Positions 17,209 through 27,841 of a DNA stretch of 64,000 nt are shown one piece after another. Below the pieces are notes generated by a model. The model searched no databases, was not told where the DNA came from, and was given only the letters and a program-made list of their open reading frames with translations. Positions within the stretch are counted from its first letter, which is position 1; every line of letters begins with the position of its first letter. The DNA lies in assembly GCA_964566965.1 (NCBI GenBank), contig CAZMKO010000003.1, positions 5,624 to 69,623 on the forward strand. Reading direction: 5' to 3'. The DNA comes from an uncultured Rhodanobacteraceae bacterium (lineage in GTDB: Bacteria; Pseudomonadota; Gammaproteobacteria; Xanthomonadales; Rhodanobacteraceae). Made by a program: the position numbers and the translations under genes.

Positions 17209-19032
17209 ATGGCTGATCACGTACTTACCGACACCTTCTTCGAAAGCTTCCAGTTGCATCCGCAATTGCAACAGGGGCTGGCCGATTGCGGCTTTACACG
17301 TTGCACCCCGATCCAGGCATTGACCCTGCCGGTCGCCCTGTCCGGCCGCGACGTCGCCGGCCAGGCACAGACCGGCACCGGCAAGACCTGCGCCTTCCTG
17401 GTCGCGCTGATGAACCGCCTGCTGACGCAACCGGCGCGGGCCGCGCGCAAGGACACTGATCCGCGTGCGCTGGTTATCGCCCCGACCCGCGAGCTGGCCA
17501 TCCAGATCGACAAGGACGCGCGCGCCATCGGGCTGCATACCGAACTCAGGACGGCGCTGATCTACGGCGGCGTCGACTACGACAAGCAGCGCCAGCAACT
17601 GCGCGACGGCTGCGACATCGTCATCGCCACGCCGGGCCGCATGCTCGACTACTACAAGCAGCACGTGTTCGGCCTGGACAACGTCGAGGTGATGGTCATC
17701 GACGAGGCCGACCGCATGTTCGACCTCGGCTTCATCAAGGACGTGCGCTACATCTTCCGCCGCCTGCCGCCGCGCGACGAGCGCCAGGTGCTGCTGTACT
17801 CGGCCACGCTCAGCCACCGCGTGCTGGAGCTGGCCTACGAGCACATGCACGAGGCCGAGAAGCTGGTCGCCGAGACCGACACCGTCACCGCCGACAAGGT
17901 GCGCCAAGTGGTGTATTTCCCGGCCAAGGAAGAAAAGCTGCCGCTGCTGCTGAACCTGCTGAAGAAGGAGCAGCCCGAGCGCGCCATCGTGTTCGTCAAC
18001 ACGCGCGCGCAGACCGACCGCGTGCAGGGCAACCTGCGCCGGCACGGCTACAGGGTCGGCGCGCTGTCCGGCGACGTGCCGCAGGACAAGCGCCAGAAGG
18101 TGCTCAAGCGCTTCAAGGACGACCAGCTGGAAATCCTGGTGTGCACCGACGTGGCCGCGCGCGGCCTGCACATCCCGCATGTCAGCCACGTGTTCAATTA
18201 CGACCTGCCGCAGGACGCCGAGGACTACGTGCACCGCATCGGCCGCACCGCGCGCCTGGGCGAGGAGGGCGACGCCATCAGCTTCGCCTGCGATCTGTAC
18301 GCGATGAGCCTGCCCGACATCGAGGCCTACATCGAGCAGAAGATTCCGGTCGAGGCCGTTGATCCGGCGATGCTGGTGATGCCCAAGCCGGTACGCGAGC
18401 CCGAGCCACCGCGCCATCCGCGGGCGGCGGCCGGGGACGGCAACGCCGCCGCACCCTCGCGCAAGCGTCGTCGCCGCCGCCGCGGTGGTGCCGGCAACGG
18501 CGGGTCGGGCACGGCCGCGCCTGGTGTCGACAAGGCATCGTCCGAGGCCGCCGGCACCGCCGATGGCACGGACGGGAAAACCACCGCGGCCGCAAACGCG
18601 GCCAAGCCGGCCGGTTCACGGCCGCAGGGCGGGGAAGGCCAGGGGGCGCCGCGCAAGCGTCGTCGTCGCCGCGGCGGCCGCCATCGCAACCGCCATCCGG
18701 ACGGCCGGACGGTACGGGAAGGGGCCAGCCCGGAGCGTCGTGGCGCGGCCAACACGGCGGCACATGGCGGCGACAGCGCGCGTCATGATGATGTCAAGAG
18801 CGCCGACCGCGCGCCGCGCGGAAATCGGGACAACCGCGAGCGGCGCAAGCGTCCGCAGGGTGCCTCGAGCACGGCTCCCGCGCCGCGTGCCGCGCCGGCC
18901 ACCTCGCCGCAACCGGCGCCGAAGAACAACCACGCCACCACCACCCAGGTGCATGCGCGCGCCGTCGGCGGCGAGCGCAAGGGCGGTTTCCTGAAGCGGT
19001 TGGCCAAGGGGCTGTTCGGCGGCCACAAATAG
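17209..19032 (+). CDS. rhlB: ATP-dependent RNA helicase RhlB with long basic C-terminal tail
   Basis: AQTGTGKT; APTRELA; DEAD; YSAT; HRIGRTAR; divergent from trxA. Confidence 0.93.
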   Translation: MADHVLTDTFFESFQLHPQLQQGLADCGFTRCTPIQALTLPVALSGRDVAGQAQTGTGKTCAFLVALMNRLLTQPARAARKDTDPRALVIAPTRELAIQIDKDARAIGLHTELRTALIYGGVDYDKQRQQLRDGCDIVIATPGRMLDYYKQHVFGLDNVEVMVIDEADRMFDLGFIKDVRYIFRRLPPRDERQVLLYSATLSHRVLELAYEHMHEAEKLVAETDTVTADKVRQVVYFPAKEEKLPLLLNLLKKEQPERAIVFVNTRAQTDRVQGNLRRHGYRVGALSGDVPQDKRQKVLKRFKDDQLEILVCTDVAARGLHIPHVSHVFNYDLPQDAEDYVHRIGRTARLGEEGDAISFACDLYAMSLPDIEAYIEQKIPVEAVDPAMLVMPKPVREPEPPRHPRAAAGDGNAAAPSRKRRRRRRGGAGNGGSGTAAPGVDKASSEAAGTADGTDGKTTAAANAAKPAGSRPQGGEGQGAPRKRRRRRGGRHRNRHPDGRTVREGASPERRGAANTAAHGGDSARHDDVKSADRAPRGNRDNRERRKRPQGASSTAPAPRAAPATSPQPAPKNNHATTTQVHARAVGGERKGGFLKRLAKGLFGGHK

Positions 19033-19112
19033 GCCGTGACCGGTGCCGTCGTCTGCGCCGACGGCACCACTTCACGGTATGCTCGCGCTGTCTTCCATTC
19101 CGTGACCGACCC

Positions 19113-19790
19113 GTGATCCGATTCGACCAGGTCAGCATGCGCTATCCCACCGGCCAGGAAGCCCTGGCCGGGTTGTCGTTCCATGTCGATGCCGGCGAGA
19201 TGGTGTTCGTCACCGGTCACTCCGGCGCCGGCAAGAGCACCCTGCTGAAGCTGCTGGCACGCATCGAGCGGCCCACGCATGGCACCGTCACGCTGGACGG
19301 GCGCAACCTGGCCACCGTGCGCGAGCGGCAGGTTCCGCTGCTGCGTCGCGAGCTGGGCATGGTGTTCCAGGACCACCGTCTGCTGCTGGACCGCAGCGTG
19401 TTCGCCAATGTCGAGTTGCCGCTGGTGATCACCGGCATGGCGCCGGCCGAGCGGGCCCGGCGCGTGCGCGCGGCGCTGGAGAAGGTCGGCCTGCTGCGCT
19501 ATGAAAACCAGCCGCCGGTGACGTTGTCCACCGGCGAGCAGCAGCGGGTCGGTATCGCCCGTGCCATCGTTACCAAGCCGCCGGTGCTGATCGCGGATGA
19601 ACCCACGGGCAATCTCGACCCGGGGCTGGCCCGCGAGATCCTGGGCCTGTTCGTGGCGTTTCAGCGTGTGGGCACCACGGTGCTTGTCGCCAGCCATGAC
19701 CTGATGCTCATCAAAAGCATGAAACAACGCGTGCTGGTGCTCGATCACGGCCGTATGGTCGACGACGTGCCCGCGCAGGAGGTGGCGTGA
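19113..19790 (+). CDS. ftsE: Cell division ATP-binding protein FtsE
   Basis: GHSGAGKST; VFQDHRLL; LSTGEQQRV; IADEPTGNLD. Confidence 0.95.
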   Translation: MIRFDQVSMRYPTGQEALAGLSFHVDAGEMVFVTGHSGAGKSTLLKLLARIERPTHGTVTLDGRNLATVRERQVPLLRRELGMVFQDHRLLLDRSVFANVELPLVITGMAPAERARRVRAALEKVGLLRYENQPPVTLSTGEQQRVGIARAIVTKPPVLIADEPTGNLDPGLAREILGLFVAFQRVGTTVLVASHDLMLIKSMKQRVLVLDHGRMVDDVPAQEVA

Positions 19791-20743
19791 TGACCCGGCA
19801 GGATGGCAGGCGCGCCGCGCCGCGTCCGCCACATCGGTTGGCGGTGTGGGGGCGGCACCACGTCTGGTGTCTGCGGGCCAGCATGCGGCGGCTGGCCGCG
19901 CGGCCGGTGGGAACATTGTTGACGGTGCTGGTCATGGGGTTTGCCCTGGCCCTGCCGCTGGCGTTCTGGCTGGTGCTCGGCAACGTGCAGCAACTGGCCG
20001 GCAGCCTGGGTCGGACCCAGGCCCTGAACGTGTTCATGCAGGTGGACGCGCCGGCCGACAAGGTCACGGCACTGGCCGACAAGTTGGGTGGACGCGAGGA
20101 CGTGGGCGGTGTGGAAGTGGTGACGCCCGACGCCGGCATGCGGGAACTTGCATCCATGCAGGGGTTCGCAAAAGCCCTGCATTCGCTGGACTACAATCCG
20201 CTGCCATACGTGATCGTGGTTGAACCACGCGCGCACGCCGAGGCGGCCGCGATCGAAGCTCTTGCTACTGACCTGCGCGCGCAGCCGGGGGTCGACCAGG
20301 TGCAGGACGACGGCACCTGGCGCGAGCGCTTGGATGCACTGGTCGACGTGGGCCGGCGTGTGGTCGTGGCCATGGTGGCGCTGCTGGCGCTGGCGGCCTT
20401 GCTGGTGGTCGGCAACAGCGTGCGGCTGGATATTCAGGGGCGGGCCGAGGAAATCGGCGTATTGAAGCTGGTCGGCGCCAGCCATGCGTTCGTGCGCCGG
20501 CCGTATCTGTATACCGGCTTCTGGTACGGTCTGGCCGGCGGCCTGGTGGCCAGCGTGCTGGTCCTGCTGGTGGAGGCGATGCTGGCCGGACCCATGCAGC
20601 AACTCATGGCCAGCTACGGCGGGCGGCTGCGCATCGACGGACTGGCGTGGTGGCAGCTGTTGCTGGCTCCGGCACTGGCCGCGGCGCTGGGCTGGCTGGG
20701 CGCGCGCGTGGTCAGCGCGCGCTGGCTGCGCTTGAGCGATTGA
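19787..20743 (+). CDS. ftsX: Cell division permease FtsX
   Basis: Four TM segments; NPLP; NSVRLDI..RAEEI; LVGASHAFVRRP. Confidence 0.93.
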   Translation: MMTRQDGRRAAPRPPHRLAVWGRHHVWCLRASMRRLAARPVGTLLTVLVMGFALALPLAFWLVLGNVQQLAGSLGRTQALNVFMQVDAPADKVTALADKLGGREDVGGVEVVTPDAGMRELASMQGFAKALHSLDYNPLPYVIVVEPRAHAEAAAIEALATDLRAQPGVDQVQDDGTWRERLDALVDVGRRVVVAMVALLALAALLVVGNSVRLDIQGRAEEIGVLKLVGASHAFVRRPYLYTGFWYGLAGGLVASVLVLLVEAMLAGPMQQLMASYGGRLRIDGLAWWQLLLAPALAAALGWLGARVVSARWLRLSD

Positions 20744-20777
20744 TTCACGCTGAGGTTCGAGGGGGAACGGCACGGCA

Positions 20778-21617
20778 ATGAGTACGAATATCGGTCGGCA
20801 CACGGCCAGCACCGAACCGCGCGTGCTGGTAGTGGACGGCTCCAGGGTGGTGCGGCGCCTGATCACGCGCGTGCTCGAGAGCGAGCTCGAAGGCGTGACC
20901 GTGGTGGCCTGCGCCGATGGCGCCGAGGCCAAGGCCGCACTGCAGGATGATGTCATCGACTTCGTCACCATCGCGTTGCGGCTGCCGGACATGGACGGGC
21001 TGGAATTGGCCGGCTACATCCGCGAGTACGTGGCCCAGACCTACGTGCCGATCGTGGTGGTGTCCGGAGATGTCGATGCGCGCCTGCGCGAGCGCAGTCT
21101 GGGCGATGATGTCACCGATTATTTCGACAAGTCGCTGGGGTTTCATGCCCTGGCCGATTTCATCCGCGGCTACGTCAGCCCGGTCGGTGCCGCCGAAGGG
21201 GAGGTGTTGTATGTCGAGGACAGCCGTGTGGTCGCCCTGGCTACCCGGCGCATGCTGGAAAAGCACGGCTTGACCGTGCTCCATGTGAGTAGCGTCGAGG
21301 ACGCGTTGGCCCTGCTCGACACGGCCCGTGCACAGGGACGCGTCGGCGCCGACGTGGTGCTCACCGACGTCACGTTGAAGGGCGAATTGACCGGCGGCGA
21401 CTTGTTGCAGCGGGTACGCGACGATTATGGTTACTCCAAGGGCGGCCTGCCGGTGCTGGTGATGACCGGTGACGACAATCCCGCCAAGCAGGCGGCCCTG
21501 ATCCGTGCCGGCGCCAACGATCTGGTGGAAAAACCGGTCGAGGAGCGCCTTCTGGTGACCAAACTGCTGTTTCAGCTGCGCGTGGCGCGGCATGTGCGGG
21601 GATCTTGCGATGCCTGA
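20778..21617 (+). CDS. Tandem receiver-domain response regulator (REC-REC)
   Basis: VLVVDGS...LPDMDGLEL and VLYVEDS...VLTD...VEKP; no output domain. Confidence 0.85.
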   Translation: MSTNIGRHTASTEPRVLVVDGSRVVRRLITRVLESELEGVTVVACADGAEAKAALQDDVIDFVTIALRLPDMDGLELAGYIREYVAQTYVPIVVVSGDVDARLRERSLGDDVTDYFDKSLGFHALADFIRGYVSPVGAAEGEVLYVEDSRVVALATRRMLEKHGLTVLHVSSVEDALALLDTARAQGRVGADVVLTDVTLKGELTGGDLLQRVRDDYGYSKGGLPVLVMTGDDNPAKQAALIRAGANDLVEKPVEERLLVTKLLFQLRVARHVRGSCDA

Positions 21618-22320
21618 CGGGGACGTCAAACTGGAGGCGAGCTGGAAAGCGCGTCTGGGCGAGTATTTCCAGCGCCCCGACATGCGAGCGCTGGGCGATT
21701 TTCTGCGTGCCGAGAAACGCGCCGGCAAGGCTGTTTTCCCGCCCGGCCGGGAAATCTTCGCGGCGTTCGAGTACACGCCGTTCGATGCCGTGAAGGTGGT
21801 GATTCTCGGCCAGGATCCATACCACGGGCCGGGCCAGGCGCACGGCCTGTGCTTTTCGGTGCGGCCCGGCGTGCGGGTGCCGCCCTCGCTGGCCAACATC
21901 TTCCGGGAGATCGAGCGCGATCTGGGGACCGTGCCGCCGGATCATGGTTGTCTGACCCCGTGGGCACGTCGCGGCGTGCTGCTCCTCAACAGCGTGCTTA
22001 CGGTCGAGCGGGGGCGCGCCGGCGCGCACCGCGGGCGCGGCTGGGAGGCATTCACCGATGCCGTCATTGGCGAATTGAACCGCGGCCGGGACGGCCTGGT
22101 GTTCCTGTTGTGGGGAAGCTACGCGCAGGCCAAGGGACGGCTCATCGACGGGCGTCGGCATCACGTCCTGCGGGCGCCGCATCCGTCACCGCTGTCGGCG
22201 CACCGGGGCTTTCTCGGCTGCGGCCACTTCTCGGCCGCCAACCGTTTCCTGGCGGAGCACGAACGCGAACCGGTGGACTGGTCGCTGCCGCCGCGCGCGA
22301 CGCTGGAAAGCGTGGGCTGA
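21610..22320 (+). CDS. ung: Uracil-DNA glycosylase
   Basis: ILGQDPYH; PPSLANI; LLLN; HPSPLSA. Confidence 0.97.
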   Translation: MPDGDVKLEASWKARLGEYFQRPDMRALGDFLRAEKRAGKAVFPPGREIFAAFEYTPFDAVKVVILGQDPYHGPGQAHGLCFSVRPGVRVPPSLANIFREIERDLGTVPPDHGCLTPWARRGVLLLNSVLTVERGRAGAHRGRGWEAFTDAVIGELNRGRDGLVFLLWGSYAQAKGRLIDGRRHHVLRAPHPSPLSAHRGFLGCGHFSAANRFLAEHEREPVDWSLPPRATLESVG

Positions 22321-22414
22321 ACGGCGTTCGCCAACGCGAACATCGCGTTCAATCCCATTTCATATACTCTTTGGTACAATAAAGCTTTCCACCCATCGGA
22401 ACCGGGCGAAAACC

Positions 22415-22442
22415 GGAACTTTTCCGCCCGTTAGCACTCCAA
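22415..22442 (+). promoter_or_regulatory. sigmaE-type promoter of rpoH
   Basis: -35 GGAACTT (22415-22421), 16-nt spacer, -10 TCCAA (22438-22442). Confidence 0.65.
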
Positions 22443-22457
22443 CTGTCGGAGTGCTAA
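22431..22457. promoter_or_regulatory. CIRCE element (HrcA operator)
   Basis: Perfect TTAGCACTC-N9-GAGTGCTAA 30 nt upstream of the rpoH start. Confidence 0.95.
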
Positions 22458-22487
22458 TCTGTACGATCACACAGCGAGGTTACTTGC

Positions 22488-23348
<861 letters not shown>

Positions 23349-23412
23349 CGCGGCGAGGCAATGTGATGACCGATGGACGGCCCTGCGGGGCCGTTCGTTG
23401 TTGGAGGGCCAG

Positions 23413-23494
23413 CCATCGCGGCCATGGGCCGCTCCCACAAGGGTTTCCGGGAATTCCGAGCAAGCCCTGCGGGAGCGGCCCATGGCCGCGATGG
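23413..23494. repeat. REP doublet (family 2) between convergent rpoH and priA
   Basis: CCATCGCGGCCATGGGCCGCTCCCACA ... TGCGGGAGCGGCCCATGGCCGCGATGG. Confidence 0.88.
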
Positions 23495-23528
23495 TTGGTA
23501 GCTTGCCTGGGCTGGCATTCACGGCCCT

Positions 23529-25706
23529 TCAATACAAATCCACCGGATCAACGTCGATCGACCAGCGCACGCGACGCGCGCCGGGCAGTGCCAGCAAGGC
23601 ATCCCGCCAGGAGCGCAGCAGGGTGTGGAGTTCGCCGCGGCGGTCGGCCTCGAGCAGGATCTGTCCGCGGTGCCGGCCGGCGCGCAACGGCATCGGAGCA
23701 GGCATCGGCCCCAGCACGCGCAGCGCGGTGTGCCCGGGCAGTGCCGCATGCGCCGCCTTGAGGAAGGCGTTGACGGTGTCTTTCTGGTGGGCCTCGACGC
23801 GCAGCAGGGCCTGGCTCGAAGCCGGCGGCAGTTGCAGGGTACGGCGTTCGGCCAACAGGTCGGCGGCGGTGGCCGCGTAGCCCTTGCCCAGCAGCGAGTG
23901 CAGGAAAGGGTGCTCGGGATGGTGGGTCTGCAGCAGCACCGTGCCCGGTTTTTGCGCGCGTCCGGCGCGTCCGGCCACCTGCACCACCAGCTGCGCCAGG
24001 CGCTCCTGGGAGCGGAAATCCACGCTCAGCAGGCCTTCGTCGACGCCGGTGATGGCGACCAGGGTCAGGTTGTCCAGGTCGTGACCCTTGGCCAGGATCT
24101 GGGTACCGACCAGGATGGCCGCGCGATCGGGCCTCAAGCCCTCGAGAATTTTCTCGAACGCATCGCGGCGGCGCGTGGTCTCACTGTCGATGCGCCACAC
24201 CGGCGTGTCCGGGAACCGCGCACGCAGGGTTTCCTCCAGACGTTCGGTGCCATGCCCCTGCGGTTTGAGGTGCGGCGAACCGCAATCCGGGCAGGCCTCG
24301 GGCAGGCGGCGTTCGTGCCCGCAGTGGTGGCAGACCAGACGCCGCCGCGCGGCGTGCAGCGTCATCGGTTTGTCGCAGCGTTCGCAGTGGGCGTGCCACC
24401 CGCAGGCGTGGCACATCAGCACCGGCGCGTAGCCGCGGCGGTTGCGGAACACCAGTACCTGCTCGTCGCGTTCCAACGCCGCTTCGATGTGGCGCAGCAA
24501 TTCCGGCGACAGACCGTGCTGAAGGCGCTGCGCGCGGATGTCGACCAGGCGCACTTGCGGCGCGGGCCGGGCGCTGGCGCGTTCGGGCAGGGTCAGGTGC
24601 CGGTAGCGCCCGGCCTGGATGTTGGCCAGGGTTTCCAGGGACGGCGTGGCCGATCCCAGCACGATCGGTACGTCCAGGGTACGCGCGCGCCAGACGGCGA
24701 GGTCGCGCGCGTGGTAACGGAAGCCGTCCTGCTGTTTGTAGGAGGTGTCGTGTTCCTCGTCGACCACGATCAGGCCGGCCCGCGGCAGCGGGGTGAAAAT
24801 GGCCGAACGCGTGCCCAGGACGACGCGCGCCCGGCCATGCCTCGCGCGCAGCCAGGCACGTGCCCGCTCCCCCTTGGGCAGACCTGAATGCAGCACTTCG
24901 ACCTGGCTGCCCAGGCGTTCGCGCAGTCGTCGCACGGTTTGCGGCGTCAGGCTGATCTCCGGCACCAGCATCAGGACCTGGCGGCCGTGTGCCAGCGCGT
25001 CGCGCATCAGGGCCAGGTACACCTCCGTCTTGCCACTGCCGGTGACCCCCTCCAGCACGAACGCCTGGAAGCCCGGCGCGGCATGTCGCACGGCGTCGAC
25101 AGCCTGCTGCTGGTGGGGGTTGAGGTCCGGTCCTTCGCGGGCCGGCGGCGCGGCATCGGCGTCGGTCAGATGGTGGCGTTGGACCAGACCCGCGCGTTCC
25201 AGGCGCCGGGCCGCGTCGCGCCAGTCGGGCAGTTGCAGGGTCAAGGCGTCGGCACGGCGCGTGCCCTCGGCGAGAAGCGCCAGCAGCCGGCGCGAACGCC
25301 CGCGCCGCTTTCCTGCGGCTCGCGCGGCCTCGCCCTCCGCGGTGAGAGCCCAGGCCTCGATGCCGGGCTCCGGTGGTGGCCGGTCGCCGCGCAGGGCCAC
25401 CGGCAAGGCGCCGAACAGCACATCGCCCGGGGCGCCCAGCCAATAGCGGCCGGCGCGGGCCAGCGTGGACATCAGTTCGGTGTCCAGCAGCGGCATGCGG
25501 TCGATGACGTCGGCGACCCGTTTCAGCTTGTCGGCGGGTGTGGATGCATCCGTCCCCGTCGCCACCACGATGCCCACGCGCTGGCCGGTGCCAAACGGTA
25601 CCCGCACCCGGCAGCCGGGGACCACCGGGCCGCCATCGGCGGGCGGCAGATAGTCGAACAGCCGCGGCAGGGGCACGGGCAGGGCGATACGCAGGACGTC
25701 GGGCAT
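23529..25706 (-). CDS. priA: Primosomal protein N'
   Basis: GVTGSGKTEVY; VDEEHD; CxxC zinc cluster; QVAGRAGR; IDVDP C-terminus. Confidence 0.97.
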   Translation of the reverse strand: MPDVLRIALPVPLPRLFDYLPPADGGPVVPGCRVRVPFGTGQRVGIVVATGTDASTPADKLKRVADVIDRMPLLDTELMSTLARAGRYWLGAPGDVLFGALPVALRGDRPPPEPGIEAWALTAEGEAARAAGKRRGRSRRLLALLAEGTRRADALTLQLPDWRDAARRLERAGLVQRHHLTDADAAPPAREGPDLNPHQQQAVDAVRHAAPGFQAFVLEGVTGSGKTEVYLALMRDALAHGRQVLMLVPEISLTPQTVRRLRERLGSQVEVLHSGLPKGERARAWLRARHGRARVVLGTRSAIFTPLPRAGLIVVDEEHDTSYKQQDGFRYHARDLAVWRARTLDVPIVLGSATPSLETLANIQAGRYRHLTLPERASARPAPQVRLVDIRAQRLQHGLSPELLRHIEAALERDEQVLVFRNRRGYAPVLMCHACGWHAHCERCDKPMTLHAARRRLVCHHCGHERRLPEACPDCGSPHLKPQGHGTERLEETLRARFPDTPVWRIDSETTRRRDAFEKILEGLRPDRAAILVGTQILAKGHDLDNLTLVAITGVDEGLLSVDFRSQERLAQLVVQVAGRAGRAQKPGTVLLQTHHPEHPFLHSLLGKGYAATAADLLAERRTLQLPPASSQALLRVEAHQKDTVNAFLKAAHAALPGHTALRVLGPMPAPMPLRAGRHRGQILLEADRRGELHTLLRSWRDALLALPGARRVRWSIDVDPVDLY

Positions 25707-25821
25707 GCCGGCAGTGTAGCCGGCGCGGTTCCCGGCCGGGAGAGGTGGCCACCTACGCGCACTTTCCGAACCGGACTTTTGAAATGGCGGCTAAGTGTGT
25801 GAGTCACGTGGGGTTTATGGT

Positions 25822-25856
25822 TTATCCACAAAAGCTGTGGATAACATTGTGGATGG
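25822..25856. promoter_or_regulatory. DnaA-box triplet with DARS-like core geometry
   Basis: TTATCCACA-AAAGC-TGTGGATAA-CAT-TGTGGATGG: two perfect opposed boxes and one degenerate box. Confidence 0.8.
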
Positions 25857-25942
25857 GGACGGGAGGGCGGCGCCTGTGCCGCATGCCTGCAGGGGCGGCG
25901 ACATATTGGGTAAAAATTAATCACTCTATTTTTTCATTTTAA

Positions 25943-25955
25943 AATCAATGGCTTG
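25943..25955 (+). promoter_or_regulatory. IHF binding site
   Basis: AATCAATGGCTTG matches WATCAANNNNTTR, with an A/T tract immediately upstream (25911-25942). Confidence 0.65.
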
Positions 25956-26334
25956 TTTATGCGTTGCCGGTCGATGATGGTGCCGGGCATCCGCATTCGG
26001 GGAGGCGGTCGGCGTGCGTCGGCTGTTGTGCAAAACCGCCGGCGATCGCGGCCGCTGCCCGGCCCGATGTCGCCTGAAAACCCCGGCCATCGTGCGCTTC
26101 GGGAGGGCCGCCGGGTCCGCGCCATGCGCCGCATGAACCGGACGCTGGATGTCGCCATGAACGTGTGGCGACCGGATGCTCCGGGCGGTTGCCTGGTGGC
26201 GAATCGCGGAGCCACGATGGTCGTGGGTGCGGTGGCGGGCAGGCCCGGGAAGCCCGTGCGCGGTACACGGACGGCTTCGGTATTACAATAAAAGGTTCTT
26301 CGTTGTGTGGGCCCACGGCCCGGATGGCACGTTC

Positions 26335-27741
26335 ATGTTCGGGTTGCGCCAAGTCGATCTGCCACGCGTCCGGCACGAGCTGGGTGCCACCGTGCGCCTG
26401 GCGTTGCCATTGATCGCCGCCCAGTTGGCGGCCATGGGTACCAACGTGGTCGATGCGCTGCTGGCCGGGCACGTCAACGCGCACGTGCAGGCGGCGGTGG
26501 CCACGGGTGCGGGTGTGTGGTCGCTGGCCATCCTGGCCGGCATCGGCACCATGATGGCGGTGCCGCCCACGGTGGCGCAGCTCGACGGCGCCGGACGGCG
26601 CGACGAGATAGGCGCGGTGTTCCGCCAGGCGTTGTGGATCGCTCTGGTGCTGGGGATCGTGTTGTGCCTGCTGGTGCGTCGTGCCGAACCGCTGCTGGAC
26701 GTGATCGGCGTGGTGCCGGAGCTGCGTCACGATGTGGGGGATTTCCTGGGCGCGATCGGCTGGGCCGCACCGGCGCTGGTGGGCTACTTCGCGTTGCGCG
26801 GACTCTCCGAGGGCCTGTCCATGCCGCGACCGTCGATGTTTTTCAGCCTCGGCGGCCTGGTGGTGCTGGCGCCGCTGGACTGGATTTTGATGTACGGCGA
26901 GTTCGGCGTGCCGCCGTTGGGCGCCCTGGGCAGCGGCATCGCCACGGCGGTGGTGCTGTGGCTGGAATTCATCGGCTTTGCCGTCTACATCCTGCGCCAC
27001 CGCAACTACCGCGGACTGCGCCTGATGGATCGGTTCGACTGGCCGCGTTGGGCGGTGATCGGGGAACTGCTGGGCCTGGGGGTGCCGATGGCGGTCAGCG
27101 TGCTGATGGAAGGTGGCATCTTCGTGGCGGTGGCACTGGCCATCGCCACGCTCGGCGTGGACCAGGCGGCGGCGCACCAGGTGGCGCTCAATGTGTCGTC
27201 GGTGGCATTCATGATTCCCCTCGGTCTGGCCATGGCCATCACCATCCGTGTCGGCCACGCCGCCGGGCGTGGCGATGCCGGAGCCGTGCGTTATGCGGGG
27301 TTCTGCGGCATCACGCTGGCACTGGCCACGCAGCTGGTCTCGGCGGCGCTGATGATCGGCATCCCGCACGCCATTGCCATGCTCTACAGCAACGACACGA
27401 CCGTGGTCGCGCTGGCGGCCCAGTTGCTGGTGCTGGCCGGCGTGTTCCAGTTTTCCGACGGCATCCAGGTGGCTTCCAACGGCGCCCTGCGCGGTCTCAA
27501 GGACACGCGCGTGCCGATGCTCATCGCCGCGTTCGCCTACTGGGGCGTGGGCATGCCGGTGGGCTGGTGGCTGACATTTGATCGGGGGTTGGGCGCGCGC
27601 GGCATGTGGATGGGTCTGGCGGCGGGCCTGAGCGTGGCGGCGGTGTTGCTGTTCCGGCGGTTCTGGCGTCGCGCGCACGGTGCACGCTGGCGCCGCGATA
27701 CACCGCAGGCCGCCACCGGCCCGTCGCCCCCGATCGACTGA
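26335..27741 (+). CDS. MATE family efflux transporter (NorM-like)
   Basis: About 12 TM segments; LALPLIAAQL; AAAHQVALN; DGIQV...ALRGLKDTRVP; start uncertain. Confidence 0.92.
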   Translation: MFGLRQVDLPRVRHELGATVRLALPLIAAQLAAMGTNVVDALLAGHVNAHVQAAVATGAGVWSLAILAGIGTMMAVPPTVAQLDGAGRRDEIGAVFRQALWIALVLGIVLCLLVRRAEPLLDVIGVVPELRHDVGDFLGAIGWAAPALVGYFALRGLSEGLSMPRPSMFFSLGGLVVLAPLDWILMYGEFGVPPLGALGSGIATAVVLWLEFIGFAVYILRHRNYRGLRLMDRFDWPRWAVIGELLGLGVPMAVSVLMEGGIFVAVALAIATLGVDQAAAHQVALNVSSVAFMIPLGLAMAITIRVGHAAGRGDAGAVRYAGFCGITLALATQLVSAALMIGIPHAIAMLYSNDTTVVALAAQLLVLAGVFQFSDGIQVASNGALRGLKDTRVPMLIAAFAYWGVGMPVGWWLTFDRGLGARGMWMGLAAGLSVAAVLLFRRFWRRAHGARWRRDTPQAATGPSPPID

Positions 27742-27841
27742 GAGCGTGTGAAAAAATCGCCCACCTGCTGCGCGTGCCGAAGGGTGACCGGCCGGGCCCA
27801 AAACGGTTACGCTGCCCGCATCGATCACGGAGCAAACGGGC

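Noticed and set aside
25800-25960. oriC
   Set aside because: Only three boxes, no adjacent dnaA/dnaN/mnmG and no visible DUE repeats; geometry fits a DARS core better, though not fully excluded.
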